Source of the DNA: Thermoanaerobaculia bacterium
Lineage (GTDB): Bacteria > Acidobacteriota > Thermoanaerobaculia > Multivoradales > UBA5704
Length of the DNA: 19,787 bases
Reading direction: 5' to 3'
Assembly: GCA_044226625.1 (NCBI GenBank)
Contig: JBGAGQ010000009.1
Span: 108,590-128,376 of the forward strand
The notes beneath the pieces are model-generated. The model saw only the letters and a program-made list of their open reading frames with translations, did no database searches and was not told the origin of the DNA. Positions 17,446 to 19,787 of the stretch are shown one piece after another (position 1 is the first letter of the stretch; each line of letters begins with the position of its first letter). A program made the position numbers and the translations under genes.

Positions 17446-17572
17446 CCTTAACTAGCGTCCCGATCCCAGGCACCCCACCCGTGGCGACCCGGCAGTGACC
17501 ACGCGCGGCAAGCGCGGTATAGAATCAACAAAAGGGTTGTCCGCAAATCCAGACAGGCACTTGGGTCGCTAA

Positions 17573-18292
17573 ATGACCATGGATAAGCCGCAGATATTTG
17601 TGAGTCACATTTCTGAGGAAGGTGCATTGGCAGCGGTCCTGAAAAGGCACCTCCTCGACGACTTTCTCGGACTTCTCGATGTTTTCGTTTCTTCAGACAT
17701 CGAGAGCATTAACGTCGGACAGAACTGGCTCGTCAGTCTTGAATCGGCGCTCCACCGTTCGTCTCTGCTGCTGGTTCTTTGCAGTCACGCATCCTTGCGG
17801 CGGCCATGGGTTAACTTCGAGGTTGGCGCCGCTTGGATCAAACAGGTTCCTATCGTCCCAATCTGTCATTCGGGGCTCGAGCCCTCCTCTCTCCCCGTTC
17901 CACTTGTACTTTTGCAAGGCGTTCGCGCATCGAGCGTGGATGGCGTCGTTCGCCTTAGTCACGCTGTCGCGAAGTCCATTGGGAGTCGCGCGCCTAAGGG
18001 TAATCCCGAACAGCTCATCGCCGAAATCGTGGAGTTCGAGGCCAACTACAGTCCAATGATCCAAACGCAGTTCGGACCGGTCACGGCCCGAACTGCCGCG
18101 TCGCGAAGGCGGATTTACGACGCCCTTAAAGATCCAAAGTTCAGTTGGAGATCCGTCTCCAAGCTCGCTGTCGTGGGTGGCCTCACGGAGGACGAGGTCG
18201 TCGAACTATTGCTTACGGACGAGAATGTCCAATTCGGCCGCGGCAGGCGGTCTCGTGAACGGATTGCGCGGCTAAAGAGCCGAGAGGCGTAA
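17573..18292 (+). CDS. TIR domain protein (TIR_2-like) with short C-terminal helical domain
   Basis: QIFVSH, DVFVSSD..SI..GQNW, LLVLCS..SL.RPWVNFEVGAAW (putative catalytic Glu retained) and IVPICH. Confidence 0.87.
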   Translation: MTMDKPQIFVSHISEEGALAAVLKRHLLDDFLGLLDVFVSSDIESINVGQNWLVSLESALHRSSLLLVLCSHASLRRPWVNFEVGAAWIKQVPIVPICHSGLEPSSLPVPLVLLQGVRASSVDGVVRLSHAVAKSIGSRAPKGNPEQLIAEIVEFEANYSPMIQTQFGPVTARTAASRRRIYDALKDPKFSWRSVSKLAVVGGLTEDEVVELLLTDENVQFGRGRRSRERIARLKSREA

Positions 18293-18303
18293 CGAGCGCG
18301 CCG

Positions 18304-18642
18304 ATGCCCTACGACGAACACCTCGCTTCCCGAATTCGCTCCGCCCTGGAGGGCCATCCCCACATCACCGAAAAGAAGATGTTTGGAGGCGTCGCCTTCC
18401 TACGCCAGGGGCACATGTTCGTCGGCGTCTCCGACTTGGCGCTGATGGCTCGCGTGGGTAAGGAACTTCACGCCGATTCGCTCGCCCGGGAGCACGTCCG
18501 CCCCATGGATTTCACGGGCAAGCCGATGCAGGGCTATGTCTTCGTGGACGCCGAGGGCACGAAGACCGAGGCGCAGCTGCACTTCTGGCTCGATCGCTGT
18601 GAGGCGTTCGTGGCCACTTTGCCGCATAAGGTCGCCAAGTGA
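18304..18642 (+). CDS. TfoX/Sxy N-terminal domain family protein
   Basis: MPYDEHLASRIR, EKKMFGGVAFL..GHMFVGV, LMARVG and MDFTGKPMQGYVFV. Confidence 0.88.
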   Translation: MPYDEHLASRIRSALEGHPHITEKKMFGGVAFLRQGHMFVGVSDLALMARVGKELHADSLAREHVRPMDFTGKPMQGYVFVDAEGTKTEAQLHFWLDRCEAFVATLPHKVAK

Positions 18643-18817
18643 CTCCGTAACGAAGACCTAAATTGGTCACACGCCCATGAACGTCCGCCACCGAATTCGC
18701 GACTCAGGCGGACCACAGCCTCCACGTTTAGGTGTTGGAGCACTTCGCGCTCCGCGGGAAGGGGCCGCGTACGGGTGGAGTGGTGGAGTCGCTGATTCGT
18801 GGCGATAGGGGGAACAG

Positions 18818-19171
18818 ATGGGCGACATCCCTGCTGAGAGGTTACGTCAGTTTGATCTGATCTCGAAGGCAACGACGATCACGCTGAGGTGGGCCGTCGA
18901 CAACTCTATTCCGCTTTTGCGAATAGAGCCCGTTGTTCCCTTCGTAGAGACGGACTTCAGCATGTACGCGTGGTTCTTCTTCGATACCGAGGCGAGCGTC
19001 GATCTATTTCGCTCGGACGGAACTGGGGACAGGGTCGTGGCTCGGTTTTGCTCTGACCTCTCGGCATGTGGCTACCCAGCGGAATGGCTTTCTTTGGTCG
19101 TCTGCGATTTCGCTTCGAAGGAGATCGTTGACCGCAACTACCAAGGTAGCTACTTCTACTTTCTCCGATGA
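18818..19171 (+). CDS. Hypothetical protein (117 aa)
   Basis: AGGGGGA RBS-like sequence upstream, globular composition and an aromatic-rich C-terminus (SKEIVDRNYQGSYFYFLR). Confidence 0.65.
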   Translation: MGDIPAERLRQFDLISKATTITLRWAVDNSIPLLRIEPVVPFVETDFSMYAWFFFDTEASVDLFRSDGTGDRVVARFCSDLSACGYPAEWLSLVVCDFASKEIVDRNYQGSYFYFLR

Positions 19172-19444
19172 GAGGCGCATTTCGTTCACTCCCGGCTCGG
19201 CCTTCCTGCCAGATGCCATACGCTTCGGATCCGGGCCTCGCCATCGGCGAACTAGCCGTCGGCGCCCGCCATTTCCTGGCATCTCCCCATACTCGAAGTT
19301 TCCGTGCCCGCAGGTCGCGCAACGCTGCACGGTCGGCGGTACGTGGAGTCGAGAAGCGAAGGAGCCGACCCGGACCTCAAAGCACTACGTCTCCACGCGC
19401 GCGGGCTGGTTCCCAACGTCTGCGCACCGGTGCACCGCGAGAAT

Positions 19445-19740
19445 GCACCGCTCCGTAGCGTCCGTGGACCGCTACCTCGTGAGATTGCACCACGCCGTAG
19501 CGTCCGCGTACCGGTGCCTCGTGAGATTGCGCCACTCCGTAGCGTCCGCGCACCGGTACCTCGTGGGATTGCACCCGTCCGTAGTGTCCGCGCACCGCTA
19601 CCTTGAGTGATTGCACCGGTGCGTAGTGTCCGCGTAGCGGCGCATTAAAGGAGTGCACCGATGCGTAGCGTCTCCGTACCGGTGCGTAGCGTGATTTCAC
19701 CGGTGTGCGGCGGCCGCGCACCGTTGCCTTGCGATGCTTC
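19445..19740. repeat. Degenerate 42-bp tandem repeat (2 x 21 bp), about 7 units
   Basis: Units GCACC..TCCGTAGCGTCCGCG.ACCG.TACCTCGTGAGATT start at 19445, 19487, 19529, 19571, 19613, 19655 and 19697, decaying rightwards. Confidence 0.85.
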
Positions 19741-19787
19741 ACCCCTACCTAGCGTTGCTGCCGAGGAGCTCGTGCTCGGCGAACCGG

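Larger units (their letters stand above)
11650..19787. other. Lower-GC accessory region / putative defence island
   Basis: Visible drop in GC after ~11650. All genes are on +, and the cargo includes deaminase-MazG, AlbA_2 and TIR. No integrase is seen in the window, and the boundaries are approximate. Confidence 0.65.

Noticed and set aside
19445-19740. CRISPR array or confident CDS
   Set aside because: The units are contiguous and degenerate with no repeat-spacer alternation. Open frames are expected in GC-rich repeats whose period is a multiple of 3.

Overview
GC-rich bacterial window in two parts. The lineage is not determinable from this window; Acidobacteria-like is only a guess. Left part (1-~11600, high GC, housekeeping): a 5'-truncated archaeal-type isopentenyl phosphate kinase and a squalene/phytoene synthase. 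These are followed by a minus-strand sulfate assimilation/siroheme operon (sulfite reductase, APS reductase, hypothetical, precorrin-2 dehydrogenase, uroporphyrinogen-III methyltransferase) with a candidate Cys-sensing leader peptide/attenuator. Next come a secreted clan GH-A glycoside hydrolase, a REP-like inverted pair enclosing 77-bp tandem repeats, GluQRS, and an HpnR-like B12-radical SAM gene frameshifted by a 34-bp tandem duplication. Right part (~11650-19787, visibly lower GC, all genes on +) looks like a defence island. It holds a TM/coiled-coil protein, an unusual RibD-like deaminase fused to tandem MazG-like domains, a 2-TM protein, an NAD(P)-binding reductase, an AlbA_2/Schlafen protein, a TIR protein between duplicated tfoX modules, a small hypothetical and a 42-bp tandem repeat. 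The best candidate for a new system is the TM protein + deaminase-MazG pair at 11878-13933. All family calls come from motif recognition by eye; no searches were run.
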